NCBI GenBank assembly: GCA_965223295.1
Contig: CBDCWC010000002.1
Location: 640,001-704,000, forward strand
Direction: 5' to 3'
Source of the DNA: Nitrospirales bacterium
GTDB lineage: Bacteria > Nitrospirota > Nitrospiria > Nitrospirales > UBA8639
Length of the DNA stretch: 64,000 bases
Position 1 is the first letter of the stretch. Each line of letters starts with the position of its first letter. Below the pieces are notes generated by a model. The model was not told the DNA's origin. It saw nothing but the letters and a program-made list of their open reading frames with translations, and searched no databases. Position numbers and translations under genes: made by a program. Below are positions 14,086-23,401 of this stretch, one piece after another.

Positions 14086-14640
14086 TTACTCGGTTGCTTT
14101 AGAAATAATTGAGACCCGATCGATTTGTCCCAGCTCTTCATAAAAAACTTGAACATTTTCATCACGGGCAGTCGGAATGCTTTTTCCTACATAGTTGGCT
14201 CGAATAGGAAGCTGCCGATGTCCGCGATCAACTAACACGGCCAGTTGAATCTCGGCAGGACGTCCAAAATCCATCAGGCCATCCAAGGCCGCTCGAATGG
14301 TTCGTCCGGTAAAGAGCACATCATCTACCAACACAATCTTTAAATCTGAAATGTTAAATGGAATAGAAGTTTTTCGAATCTCAGGTTGGTCCTTGCGAAT
14401 TGACAAATCATCCCGATAGAGCGTGATATCGAGCTCACCAAACGGAATCTCGCGTTGTTCAATCTGTTGAATACGGTCGATCAAACGCTGGCCAAGATAC
14501 ACCCCCCCTGTTCGAATGCCCACCAACGCTAAATCCTGCGTCCCTTTATTGCGTTCAATAATTTCATGACTAATTCTGGATAAAGCCCGCGACATTTCTT
14601 GGGCATCCATCAAGGGACGTTCGGTCTTCTGGTCACTCAT
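14086..14640 (-). CDS. pyrR: Bifunctional pyr attenuation regulator / uracil phosphoribosyltransferase
   Basis: LDITLYRDDL, VLVDDVLFTGRTIRAA, DRGHRQLPIRANYVG. Confidence 0.96.
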   Translation of the reverse strand: MSDQKTERPLMDAQEMSRALSRISHEIIERNKGTQDLALVGIRTGGVYLGQRLIDRIQQIEQREIPFGELDITLYRDDLSIRKDQPEIRKTSIPFNISDLKIVLVDDVLFTGRTIRAALDGLMDFGRPAEIQLAVLVDRGHRQLPIRANYVGKSIPTARDENVQVFYEELGQIDRVSIISKATE

Positions 14641-14679
14641 AAAAACTAAACTTTTACCTTAATTTCAAAAAATCAAGAC

Positions 14680-14715
14680 AAAAAAAAGCCCTTCTCCTGG
14701 CATCATGAGAAAGGC
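14680..14715 (-). terminator. Attenuator terminator of the pyr leader
   Basis: Minus strand GCCUUUCUC-augaugccag-GAGAAGGGC followed by a U8 run, 40 nt upstream of pyrR start. Confidence 0.8.
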
Positions 14716-14759
14716 ATAAATCTGTGGCCTTTGGGGTGGCCGTCGGCATCACTTGTTCT

Positions 14760-14791
14760 CCTTACTCACCTCACTGGATGAGTCTTAAAGG
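14760..14791 (-). promoter_or_regulatory. PyrR-binding RNA stem-loop (anti-antiterminator)
   Basis: Minus strand CCUUUAAGACUCAUCCAGUGAGGUGAGUAAGG contains both PyrR-site hallmarks, CUUUAA and UCC-GNGAGG. Confidence 0.85.
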
Positions 14792-14846
14792 TTAATCAAT
14801 CCTAGTATCCACACCCCAACTTGTCAAGTAGTTATAGAGGACATAA

Positions 14847-14888
14847 TAGGAGTCAGACTCGAATTAAATAATTGGAGTCTAACCCCTA
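14847..14888. repeat. REP-like inverted pair (GGGGTCAGACTCGAA family), imperfect hairpin
   Basis: taggagtcagactcgaatt ... aattggagtctaaccccta; same motif as at 26461-26537 and 46739-46756. Confidence 0.7.
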
Positions 14889-14902
14889 ATTACCAAATCA
14901 CC

Positions 14903-16129
14903 TCAAGGAATCGACTTGAGGATTGAACCTAATTGCTTAGCGGTCTCAAGGAGTTCGGTCTCAGTTGTGAGGATGTCAGGGCAGATACGCAGTTTTCCTT
15001 CTCGGGCATCGACGACGATCTCACGTTTTTTTAGTTCTTCTGCTATATGGCTTGCACGCTTATGAGGAATGGCCAGAAAAGCCCCTCGCTGTTCAGGTAT
15101 CCCACTTATGGTTACCCTCTGTTCCTTTAACAGGTCTAAGAATAGCGCTTGTTGATGAAGCGAATAGGCACGTAATCGTTCCACTCCCAGTTCCAAGGTC
15201 AGTTCAATTCCAGCCTTAGCTTGATAGAAGGGCAGAACAGCAGGGGTCGATTCCAGAAACGCGTTCCCGTCTTGTGCGTATTGCCCCGATTCTTTTCGCT
15301 CAAAGTCAAATGGGTGTGGCTGTGCAAACCATCCCGTGTCGAGTGTTTGAAAACTTCCAGTGAGATGACGCGGATGAATATATAGCCAACAGACACCTGG
15401 CCCGCCGCGGAGATATTTATACGATCCACCAACTGCAAAGTCGGCATTCAATTCCTGTATATCAACGGGTATCACTCCCCCGGCGTGATACACATCTAGC
15501 AAGACATACGCTTCCTTTGCCTGAGCTTGAACTATCAACTCCTTTAATTCCGAGAGATATTGTCCTGAGGTAAAGAGCACCATTGAGAGAACGACCAAGG
15601 TTCCCGGTTCTCCTACAGCGAACAGAATATCTTCTTCATGATACACCCCTTGGTCATCCGGCTGAACCCATTGCATCGTCAGCCGATGACGTTGTGCGTA
15701 GACCTTGAGGATATGATCAATAGAGTTAAATTCTGCTGTGGTGGTGACAATTGGGATGGTGTCATTAAAGCAATTCAGAATGGCCCGCAACCCTTGCCCT
15801 GCACTTGCCTTTGGTACGATACAGTCATGGGAAGGTGCATGAATAAGACGGGCGGTTTGTTGCCGAAATGTTTGAACTTCAGCCAACCAATCATCCCATG
15901 CTCCATCCATTTTCTCATACCAGCTCGCTAGTGCTGCCTGAACATCAAGAGCCATTTGGTCGAGCGGGCGGCCTAAAGAATGATTCGCCAGATAGATCTC
16001 TTTCCGGCTAAGTACTTGTGAGAACAGAGGATGAATATATGTGCACAGCAGGGATTCGTCTAATGCTTCCTGCCCAAGTGCGGCAACAGTCTGTTGAATG
16101 GGGTTACCGGCCAATTTCTGTTCTGACAT
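14903..16129 (-). CDS. kynU: Kynureninase-like PLP-dependent enzyme (aminotransferase class V)
   Basis: [38 protein letters not shown]; overlaps end of kynA. Start moved to ATG 16129. Confidence 0.75.
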   Translation of the reverse strand: MSEQKLAGNPIQQTVAALGQEALDESLLCTYIHPLFSQVLSRKEIYLANHSLGRPLDQMALDVQAALASWYEKMDGAWDDWLAEVQTFRQQTARLIHAPSHDCIVPKASAGQGLRAILNCFNDTIPIVTTTAEFNSIDHILKVYAQRHRLTMQWVQPDDQGVYHEEDILFAVGEPGTLVVLSMVLFTSGQYLSELKELIVQAQAKEAYVLLDVYHAGGVIPVDIQELNADFAVGGSYKYLRGGPGVCWLYIHPRHLTGSFQTLDTGWFAQPHPFDFERKESGQYAQDGNAFLESTPAVLPFYQAKAGIELTLELGVERLRAYSLHQQALFLDLLKEQRVTISGIPEQRGAFLAIPHKRASHIAEELKKREIVVDAREGKLRICPDILTTETELLETAKQLGSILKSIP

Positions 16130-16961
16130 CAAAGAGCTCTGGGAAAAAAGTGCAATCAAGAGCGTGCTTGAGGAAGGGCACTCCTGATGATCCGCCCGTG
16201 CCGCGTTTGAAGCCAATGATCCGTTCAACGGTTTTTAAATGCCGAAACCGCCAAAGTTGAAAGTTTTCTTCGACATCCACCAGTTTTTCACACATTTCAT
16301 AGGCATCCCAATGGGATTTCGGCTCATCATAGATTTTCTTGAAAATAGGTACGAGTGCTGGGTTCCGTTCATGCGGAATAGCCCAATCTCGCTTAAGACA
16401 GCCTTGGGGAATAGCATAGCCCTGTCGGGATAATGAACTTAAAAATTCATCGTACAGGCTGGGGGAACGCAGGGTATTCAGCATTTCTTGATACAACTGA
16501 TCATCATGACGATACACCTCAACAGCTTCGGCGTTTTTATTTCCGAGTATAAATTCGATGGACCGATACTGAATCGATTGAAATCCTGAAGCATTGGCCA
16601 AGACTTTGCGAAACTCACCATACTCATTTGGGGTCAACGTCTCTAATACCGCCCATTGCTCAAATAATTGGCGTTGGATTTGTTTGACTCGAGCCAAAAT
16701 TTTAAAGCACGGATTGAAATGATCCTGTTGAAGATGTGAAATGGCTGCACGTAATTCATGTAAGATCAGTTTCATCCAGAGTTCAGAGGTTTGATGCTGA
16801 ATGATAAAGAGCAGCTCATCATGATGGGGGGGACGGCTTAACGGTTGCTGAGCAGTCAACAGCGTCTCCAGCTTCAGATAATCCGCATAGGTCATCTGGT
16901 TCTGAAAGTCGAGCGTCATGCCTTGTTCAAGCTTACGCTGTTGGTGAAGAGGGTCTGGCAT
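16104..16961 (-). CDS. kynA: Tryptophan 2,3-dioxygenase
   Basis: [51 protein letters not shown]. Confidence 0.96.
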   Translation of the reverse strand: MPDPLHQQRKLEQGMTLDFQNQMTYADYLKLETLLTAQQPLSRPPHHDELLFIIQHQTSELWMKLILHELRAAISHLQQDHFNPCFKILARVKQIQRQLFEQWAVLETLTPNEYGEFRKVLANASGFQSIQYRSIEFILGNKNAEAVEVYRHDDQLYQEMLNTLRSPSLYDEFLSSLSRQGYAIPQGCLKRDWAIPHERNPALVPIFKKIYDEPKSHWDAYEMCEKLVDVEENFQLWRFRHLKTVERIIGFKRGTGGSSGVPFLKHALDCTFFPELFDVRTEIGR

Positions 16962-16969
16962 GGCGCAGA

Positions 16970-17263
16970 CTAAGCTTTTTCTTCAGGTGGGTCGCTGGGC
17001 CAACGAAGATGATCTCGATACATATCTAAATCAATCGTGTGGGGAAGGGATTCCATCTCCTGGTGAAGGGTTTGAAGGTTCTTAATCGTTTCATAAATGC
17101 GATAGTGTTTACTCTTGGCCCAAAACTCATCTTGCTCTTGTTGGAACTCTTCGATTTTGATATTGGTTTTTTCGACTAATAGTGCCTTGAGATATTGAAT
17201 TTCGTTCTCTTGATGTGCCAGGGCATGGGCAAACACCACTAACTGTTTCTCTTGCTCAGTCAT
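16970..17263 (-). CDS. Small hypothetical helical protein (97 aa)
   Basis: ATG at 17263 preceded by AAGGAG; the longer ORF-track version reads through a repeat and is probably artefactual. Confidence 0.6.
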   Translation of the reverse strand: MTEQEKQLVVFAHALAHQENEIQYLKALLVEKTNIKIEEFQQEQDEFWAKSKHYRIYETIKNLQTLHQEMESLPHTIDLDMYRDHLRWPSDPPEEKA

Positions 17264-17278
17264 AGCTACACTCCTTAT

Positions 17279-17466
17279 GAGGCTATTGAAAAAAGTTGCC
17301 AGCAGCGTTCCCTGCCTTCGCTGGCCTACTTCGCCGCAGTGGGTACGTAGGCTGAAAGCGGTTTCGCGCAGGCGAGGAGACCTTTTTGAACACCCCCACC
17401 TCCTTGAGCGCCCTCGGCTTTGGGACGAAATATGACTCTTGATATCGTCATTATTCACCACTCCCC
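17279..17466 (+). repeat. MITE-like repeat copy A (variant with nested hairpin modules, plus tail)
   Basis: gaggctattgaaaaaag...ctttttgaacacccc core then tail ending gatatcgtcattattcaccactcccc. Confidence 0.8.
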
Positions 17467-17501
17467 TTGTATGGAATCTGTGTGTGACGGTACCACAGTA
17501 T

Positions 17502-19274
17502 TTAAGATTGCTGAACAATCCATAGGGTGAGTTCTGGCTGAAGCTGCCCTGCTTGCAGAATGGCCTGATGAATCTTGAATGTCGGTAAGGAGGCGCCTTG
17601 CTCTGCATGGAGCACGGCGAGACCATGTTCCTGCAGACTGCGCTCCAGGATTCCCGGTCCAGCGATACAGCCAATTCCCCCAGGGACCAGATTGTTAGCG
17701 AAAAACCAACTCCACTGCCGCAACTCCTGCGGATCATCATAGACCGCGAAGGGAATCCACACATACATCCAATCAAATGGGGAATAGGTGGTCATGAGAG
17801 CCTGCTGAGGAACTGGGAGAAATTGGTAGTGATGCAGCCAGGATAACCCCTTCTGACGATGTAAGCTATTCCAAATATGCTGAGCCTGTTTTTGGGCGAG
17901 TGCAGGCCACTCATACCAGACTGTATGCTGTTGTGGAACCCCACATCGCAGACACGCCCCAAGACTCGCCTCACATCGAGCTAGCAATACATGATCTGCC
18001 GTATCTCGAAATTGCCGCAATTCTGTTTGTTCTTCCAAGAAATCATCCAGGTAATCAAAGAGAAACGGTTGGCTTTCTTTTTCACCGATCATTGCGGCGT
18101 GATCCGGATACAGCAACACAGCAGAAAAAGCCTCTGCAGGAGACAACTCAGGAGGGCCCTGCGGAAAACACGTTCGCCACGATGTTGAATGGGCTTGCCA
18201 TTCTTGTCCGTGTGCTTGAGACAATTGATTCCATGATGGTTGTGTTTGAAAAGTCTGATGATCATCGCCATCATAGAGATGCAGTTCTTTATTGAGAATG
18301 CGGGCTCCACGGCCATCAGCCTTGGCCTCTCCAGACGGAGTTACCGCAAGATAAGAAAGCCCCGAGGCATCATCCCAGCAGGTCACTTTCTGGATAGTCT
18401 TACGATGAACGGTGACACTCAAGCGTTGAGCCTCATCGATATAGCGGACAGGATATTCTGGTATTGGCAACCATTCTACCTCATGCGATCGATTCACATC
18501 TAAAAACAACTCCTCGGGATTGTGTCCAGATGGAGAAGACGGAGAAAAAAACAAACTGAATAACCGGAAGGCGCCAACGGAAGGATAGGCTGGAATACCT
18601 CGGTAGTACAGAGTCCGTGGAGTATCCTTCTGCTGATCATCATACAGCCCCCGAATCAATTCAAACGTGGCACTCCCCGTCCCAGGGAGGAGTGACAAAA
18701 ATAATTCGACGACCGGCAAATAGTCGATTCGCCCCCATTCCATACGGCTCATGCAGGACATGAATTTTTCGCCCTCAAACGAACTCTCCGGCAACACGTA
18801 AAACGCATCTTTTATTTGCCGAATCTTAGCTGTCCCATCACTGCGGATTTCTAAGTCTTCATCACGGTAAAAGAATTCAACAGTTGAGATATCAGCATTC
18901 ATAGCTTGGGCGGCCATGGCTCGAAGATCATCTCGCGTCAACTGTTCCCACCCGGGCCGCCTTGAAAGATCTAGAGTCATGGTGTTGACAAGACCGGCAG
19001 GCTTAATACCAACCCATTTCTTCCAATCCAGGAAAAGCCTGGCCGACGTGAGCATGGGAATATCAGATCTAGATGTTTCCCAAAGACATTCATGCAACGG
19101 ATACCCATCCGGGTCGGCCAAGAGAATCCGCTGGCCATGCTTGCCGTAGAACACAACATGGCCGGTGGGTTGCTCTACCGCATGTCCACCGGCAGAATCC
19201 CAATTTGCTTTGTATTCGTTATGCTCAGGGAATGTTAGGGCATCTGGATGCGCTAACGCGGTTTGAATTTTCAT
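17502..19274 (-). CDS. Hypothetical protein (~590 aa)
   Basis: Long open frame with normal composition; start set at MKIQTAL; no recognised family. Confidence 0.8.
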   Translation of the reverse strand: MKIQTALAHPDALTFPEHNEYKANWDSAGGHAVEQPTGHVVFYGKHGQRILLADPDGYPLHECLWETSRSDIPMLTSARLFLDWKKWVGIKPAGLVNTMTLDLSRRPGWEQLTRDDLRAMAAQAMNADISTVEFFYRDEDLEIRSDGTAKIRQIKDAFYVLPESSFEGEKFMSCMSRMEWGRIDYLPVVELFLSLLPGTGSATFELIRGLYDDQQKDTPRTLYYRGIPAYPSVGAFRLFSLFFSPSSPSGHNPEELFLDVNRSHEVEWLPIPEYPVRYIDEAQRLSVTVHRKTIQKVTCWDDASGLSYLAVTPSGEAKADGRGARILNKELHLYDGDDHQTFQTQPSWNQLSQAHGQEWQAHSTSWRTCFPQGPPELSPAEAFSAVLLYPDHAAMIGEKESQPFLFDYLDDFLEEQTELRQFRDTADHVLLARCEASLGACLRCGVPQQHTVWYEWPALAQKQAQHIWNSLHRQKGLSWLHHYQFLPVPQQALMTTYSPFDWMYVWIPFAVYDDPQELRQWSWFFANNLVPGGIGCIAGPGILERSLQEHGLAVLHAEQGASLPTFKIHQAILQAGQLQPELTLWIVQQS

Positions 19275-19383
19275 ACCTAAATAAAGGAATCTATATAAAA
19301 CCAGCCATGAAAATGACTCGAGGCAACGCAACTTGGAGAGAAACTGACCGTATTTTAACTTTCAACTAAGACATTTCAGAACT

Positions 19384-19406
19384 CCCTCTCCCTTTGAGGG
19401 AGAGGG
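19384..19406. repeat. Palindromic hairpin CCCTCTCCCT-ttg-AGGGAGAGGG (REP-like / terminator)
   Basis: Perfect 10 bp stem downstream of proA. Confidence 0.65.
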
Positions 19407-19469
19407 TGAAAAGCGTATTTGATTGTTCAAACACGATAGTTCATGCTGGTCTTGGAAAAGTCAAAAAAA

Positions 19470-20819
19470 TTACTCGCGGATTTGGCCGGTGCCATAGACG
19501 AGGTACTTTGAGCAGGTCAAATCTTCGAGTCCCATTGGTCCACGGGCATGGATACGTGTTGTGCTGATGCCAATTTCAGCCCCCAAGCCAAATTCAAAGC
19601 CATCATTTAAGCGCGTGGACGCATTAACCATGACAGCTCCGGCATCAACTTCTCTTAGAAATCGCAAGGCACGGTCATAATCGTTTGTCACAATGGTTTC
19701 TGTATGGCGGGAGCCATATTGGTGAATATGACTCATGGCATCATCAAGATCTTTGACGACTTTGATGGAAACGATGAGTGCCAAAAATTCGTAGCCAAAG
19801 TCGTCATCTTGGGCGGGGATAGCTTCGTTAACGATCTTGCAAGTTTTCGGACAACCCCGCATTTCCACGTTGGCTTTGACAAATTCTTCTGCCAAAGGCG
19901 GCAATAATTTTTTGGCCACTTTCTCATGGACCAACAATGTTTCCATCGCATTGCAGGTTGAAGACCGTTGAACTTTGGCGTTGAGGCTAATGTTTTGAGC
20001 CATCGCTAAGTCTGCGCCAACATCAACATACACGTGGCAGACACCTTTGTCATGTTTAATGACCGGAATGGTCGCGTGCTCATTCACCGTTTTCATTAGA
20101 GCATCGCCCCCACGCGGAATAATGAGGTCGATGTATTGGTCACATTTCAGTAAGGCCAATACGACTTCTCGCTCAGGCCGATCAATAAAGGTAATGGCGC
20201 CATCCGGAATGCCACACTTTTCAGCAGCTTCGCCTAATACTTTGGCAATGGCTTTGTTCGAGTGCAAGGCTTCCGAGCCTCCACGTAATACACAAACATT
20301 GCCAGACTTCAAGCATAGTGCCGCAGCATCAGCCGTGACATTGGGGCGGGATTCATAAATCATCCCAATGACCCCAATTGGAACCCGCACCCGGCCGACT
20401 CTCATGCCGTTCGGCCGTTGCCAAAGTCCCTTGGATTCGCCCACAGGATCACGCAACGCCGCAATCTCTCGAATCTGTTTGGCCATATCCGCAATTCTGG
20501 CTGGAGTCAAACGAAGGCGATCAGCCATGGCTGCCCGTTCGTCATCTCCCTCAAATGCCTTGAGATCTTCCTCGTTGGCTTCAAGAAGGGCTTCTTTGGC
20601 TTCTTCAAGCCCATCAGCCATAGCCAGTAACGCGGCATTTTTTTTTATGGCAATCATTCCGCTCAAAGGACGGGTCGCATCCTTTGCCTTTTGCAGAAGA
20701 GCCTCTAAATATTCCTCATGAGTCAGTTCCTTTTCTTCTTCCTCACTAGACTGTTCATCCTTGAGTTCTTCAGACTCATCTAAAACTTTAAGATCTTCCT
20801 GAGAAACCTGCTCTTCCAT
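19470..20819 (-). CDS. proA: Gamma-glutamyl phosphate reductase
   Basis: VPIGVIGMIYESRPNVT, LRGGSEA, CNAMETLLVH, NASTRLNDGFEFGLGAEIGIST, ARGPMGL; start set at MEEQVS. Confidence 0.96.
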   Translation of the reverse strand: MEEQVSQEDLKVLDESEELKDEQSSEEEEKELTHEEYLEALLQKAKDATRPLSGMIAIKKNAALLAMADGLEEAKEALLEANEEDLKAFEGDDERAAMADRLRLTPARIADMAKQIREIAALRDPVGESKGLWQRPNGMRVGRVRVPIGVIGMIYESRPNVTADAAALCLKSGNVCVLRGGSEALHSNKAIAKVLGEAAEKCGIPDGAITFIDRPEREVVLALLKCDQYIDLIIPRGGDALMKTVNEHATIPVIKHDKGVCHVYVDVGADLAMAQNISLNAKVQRSSTCNAMETLLVHEKVAKKLLPPLAEEFVKANVEMRGCPKTCKIVNEAIPAQDDDFGYEFLALIVSIKVVKDLDDAMSHIHQYGSRHTETIVTNDYDRALRFLREVDAGAVMVNASTRLNDGFEFGLGAEIGISTTRIHARGPMGLEDLTCSKYLVYGTGQIRE

Positions 20820-21068
20820 AATAAGGCCTTTATCTATCTCGAACCCCGCCTTCAAAAAGCGAGATCTAGAGACAGCATATCGATGAAATAAAAAAGCAAA
20901 ACCGTGAAGGAGAATACCTGTCAGTCATAAAAACCGTCAAGAAATCTAGGACTGTCGCAAACTTCTGACAAACCCTATCCTTTTGCTTGATTTTATAGGT
21001 AAAATCTTGTTACACACTTTGGCTTTTTCTGCGCAGTCATATGGTCAAATTATTATACAAATTGACGT

Positions 21069-21144
21069 GCCGAGGTAGCTCAGTTGGCAGAGCACAGCCC
21101 TGAAAAGGCTGGTGTCCGCAGTTCGATTCTGCGCCTCGGCACCA
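21069..21144 (+). tRNA. tRNA-Phe (GAA)
   Basis: GCCGAGG acceptor stem paired with CCTCGGC-ACCA; anticodon arm CAGCC-CTGAAAA-GGCTG; GTTCGATTC T-loop; 76 nt with encoded CCA. Confidence 0.97.
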
Positions 21145-21204
21145 ATTCATACGAAAACTCATGGTATTGGTACATGAGGTGCCATTGACATCATCTCCCT
21201 CTCA

Positions 21205-22206
21205 ATGAAATCCATGCTAATGGTTTTTCCTCGATTCCTCGCTTTAAAGACAGCCTCTAATTTTTTTAGCGTCTTCTTGTTTTGCCTCATCTCGCCTGGC
21301 CTTCTTTTGGCTGAAGACGACCTGGAAGCTCTTTCCGCTCCAAAAACCAGGACGGTTGTTGCCGACGTTCTGGACGTTGAAGGAGATTTTCATATTGTAC
21401 GGGGAGAGCGAGGAGAAATCCGAATTGAAGTAACTGCTGACACCAAAGTATCCGAAACATTCGCGTATGGTGATCGGATCAAAGCGGTCTTACTGCCCAA
21501 TGATGTCGCACTGACCATTACCCGCGCAGCCCCCAACGAACCCACAGGTATTTTTACCGACGAACCTACAGAATCTCCAGCATCTCCTTCCACACCCCAA
21601 GAGACTGCTGAAAAAGATGCAGATAAAAAGGCTCCGCCCAGGTATGTCACCCCGAAAGTACGGGTCGTTATCGCCGACTTACTTATGGTTGACGGCAGCT
21701 TTTATATTGTTCGAACTGAGTTTGGTGAAATCCAAATTGAAATTACGCCAGACACTAAATTAAGCGAAGACTTTAAATTTGGGGACAAAATAAAAGCTCG
21801 TATTACACCCAGTGATAAGGCTCTCTCGGTCGTTCGTGCAGGCGAAGATGACCCTGTTGGCATCCACAAGGAAGCGAGTTTTGATTCTTCTAATTCAGCA
21901 TTATCTGCTCCACCGACAGTGACAACTCAAGACGAAGCGTCGGAAGAGACTGCTTCGAAAGAGCCTCCTGCTCCTGAGCCCCCAAAAAACCGAACAATTG
22001 TCGCAGATGTATTAATGATCGATGGCGATTTTATTATTGTTCGTGGTGAACGGGGAGAAATTCAGATCGAAGTGACACCTACAACATCCATATCCGAAAA
22101 ATTCGACTACGGAGATCGGATTAAAGCCGTGGTACTCCCCAACGACAAAGCCATCACTGTTGAACGCGCCAGCCCCGACGACCCCATCGGGATCACCACC
22201 CCCTAA
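21205..22206 (+). CDS. Exported protein with three tandem ~60 aa beta-rich repeats and Pro/Ser/Glu linkers
   Basis: Signal peptide (LLLA|ED); repeat consensus R.V.ADVL..DG.F.IVR.E.GEI.IEVTP.T..SE.F.YGD.IKA...P.D.A....RA. Confidence 0.8.
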   Translation: MKSMLMVFPRFLALKTASNFFSVFLFCLISPGLLLAEDDLEALSAPKTRTVVADVLDVEGDFHIVRGERGEIRIEVTADTKVSETFAYGDRIKAVLLPNDVALTITRAAPNEPTGIFTDEPTESPASPSTPQETAEKDADKKAPPRYVTPKVRVVIADLLMVDGSFYIVRTEFGEIQIEITPDTKLSEDFKFGDKIKARITPSDKALSVVRAGEDDPVGIHKEASFDSSNSALSAPPTVTTQDEASEETASKEPPAPEPPKNRTIVADVLMIDGDFIIVRGERGEIQIEVTPTTSISEKFDYGDRIKAVVLPNDKAITVERASPDDPIGITTP

Positions 22207-22470
22207 TCCCTTTTTTAGCGTTACTTCTCTTTCAGCCAAAAATAACAACGGGCCCGGATTGCCTTATTTCCATCGGCTGCAAAACTCGTTTCAGCGATCA
22301 ACTCGAGCAAAGTTGATAGTCCCTTATACAGCTTTTTCTTTTTTTGAGTAAATTCAAACTTCGATTTCTTCGTCATCTTTAAAGCCTTCGTGATATTCAA
22401 TCAATTCAAAGAAGCAGGGCTATTTCGCATTCTTTTTTGCTCATCTATAAATAAAAAAAGTAATTATAAA

Positions 22471-22500
22471 TTGACATATATGATATTTAAAAATTACAAT
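22471..22500 (+). promoter_or_regulatory. Sigma70-type promoter for modABC
   Basis: TTGACA (22471-76), 18 bp spacer, TACAAT (22495-500), AT-rich upstream element. Confidence 0.65.
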
Positions 22501-22619
22501 ATTCTTAGAAATTCTTTAGGGGTCCTAACCTAAATAACGCCATAAGCCTTGCTGGCAAAATGCCAGAGATTTTTTAAACATGCACACTCATGGGCAAACC
22601 TCGTTAAGAAATTGAGAAC

Positions 22620-23399
22620 ATGCGAAGCCTCTTTCTTGTCATTGCCGTCGCGTTCAGTCTCTTCACGGTCTCTGCTGAGGCAAAAGAGACGCGGGCTGCA
22701 GTAGCATCAAATTTTCTAAGCACTTTCAGATTGTTAGCTTCGGATTTCGCTCAAAACACGCAACATCAAATCGTCATTATTTCTGGCTCTAGTGGCAAAC
22801 TCTTTGCCCAAATTCAACATGGTGCACCGTTTGATGTGTTTTTCTCGGCTGATCAGGAACGGCCAAGACACTTAGAAGACACCGGACTCGGGGTCCAGAA
22901 AAGTCGTTTTCCCTATGCGTTGGGGTATTTAACGCTTTGGAGCCCACACATCAACCTTATTGGCAAAGATGGAACAACTTCTCTAAGCACACAACCCTTT
23001 ACTCATCTGGCGATTGCCAATCCGAAAACCGCCCCCTACGGTCGAGCTGCCGAGCAAACCCTGCGGAGTTTAGATTTATGGGAGAGGCTCAAACCTCGTC
23101 TCGTATATGGCGAAAATATCGCTCAGACTCATCATTTTGTAAGTTCTGGCAATGCAGAATTGGGGTTTCTCGCTCTTGCACAAGTACGATCATCCAACGC
23201 GCTGAACAAAGACAACCGGTGGGATGTTCCGTCAACTTTACATGATCCTATAGTGCAAGAAGCCATACTCTTGAATCATGGAGCCAGCAATACTACAGCC
23301 CTCGCTTTTCTACAATATCTGAAAAGTCCAGCTGCAAAAAAAATCATCATGCAACGGGGCTATGGCATTCCCGATTCTCAACAACAGAAGAAGCCCTAG
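22620..23399 (+). CDS. modA: Molybdate ABC transporter substrate-binding protein
   Basis: AVASNF, GSSGKLFAQIQHGAPFDVFFSAD, IANPKTAPYG, GENIAQ. Confidence 0.95.
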   Translation: MRSLFLVIAVAFSLFTVSAEAKETRAAVASNFLSTFRLLASDFAQNTQHQIVIISGSSGKLFAQIQHGAPFDVFFSADQERPRHLEDTGLGVQKSRFPYALGYLTLWSPHINLIGKDGTTSLSTQPFTHLAIANPKTAPYGRAAEQTLRSLDLWERLKPRLVYGENIAQTHHFVSSGNAELGFLALAQVRSSNALNKDNRWDVPSTLHDPIVQEAILLNHGASNTTALAFLQYLKSPAAKKIIMQRGYGIPDSQQQKKP

Positions 23400-23401
23400 T
23401 C

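Noticed and set aside
16130-16228. Extended start of the kynureninase-like ORF
   Set aside because: Would overlap kynA by 125 bp; ATG at 16129 gives a more plausible short overlap.
17264-17776. N-terminal 171 aa of ORF 16970..17776
   Set aside because: Runs through repeat copy A and overlaps the 590 aa gene; a strong RBS supports the ATG at 17263.
22501-22619. Moco riboswitch or ModE box upstream of modA
   Set aside because: Only short hairpins (ttagg/cctaa, ctggca/tgccag); no recognisable Moco RNA layout or ATCG-TATATA-N6-TATATA-CGAT box.
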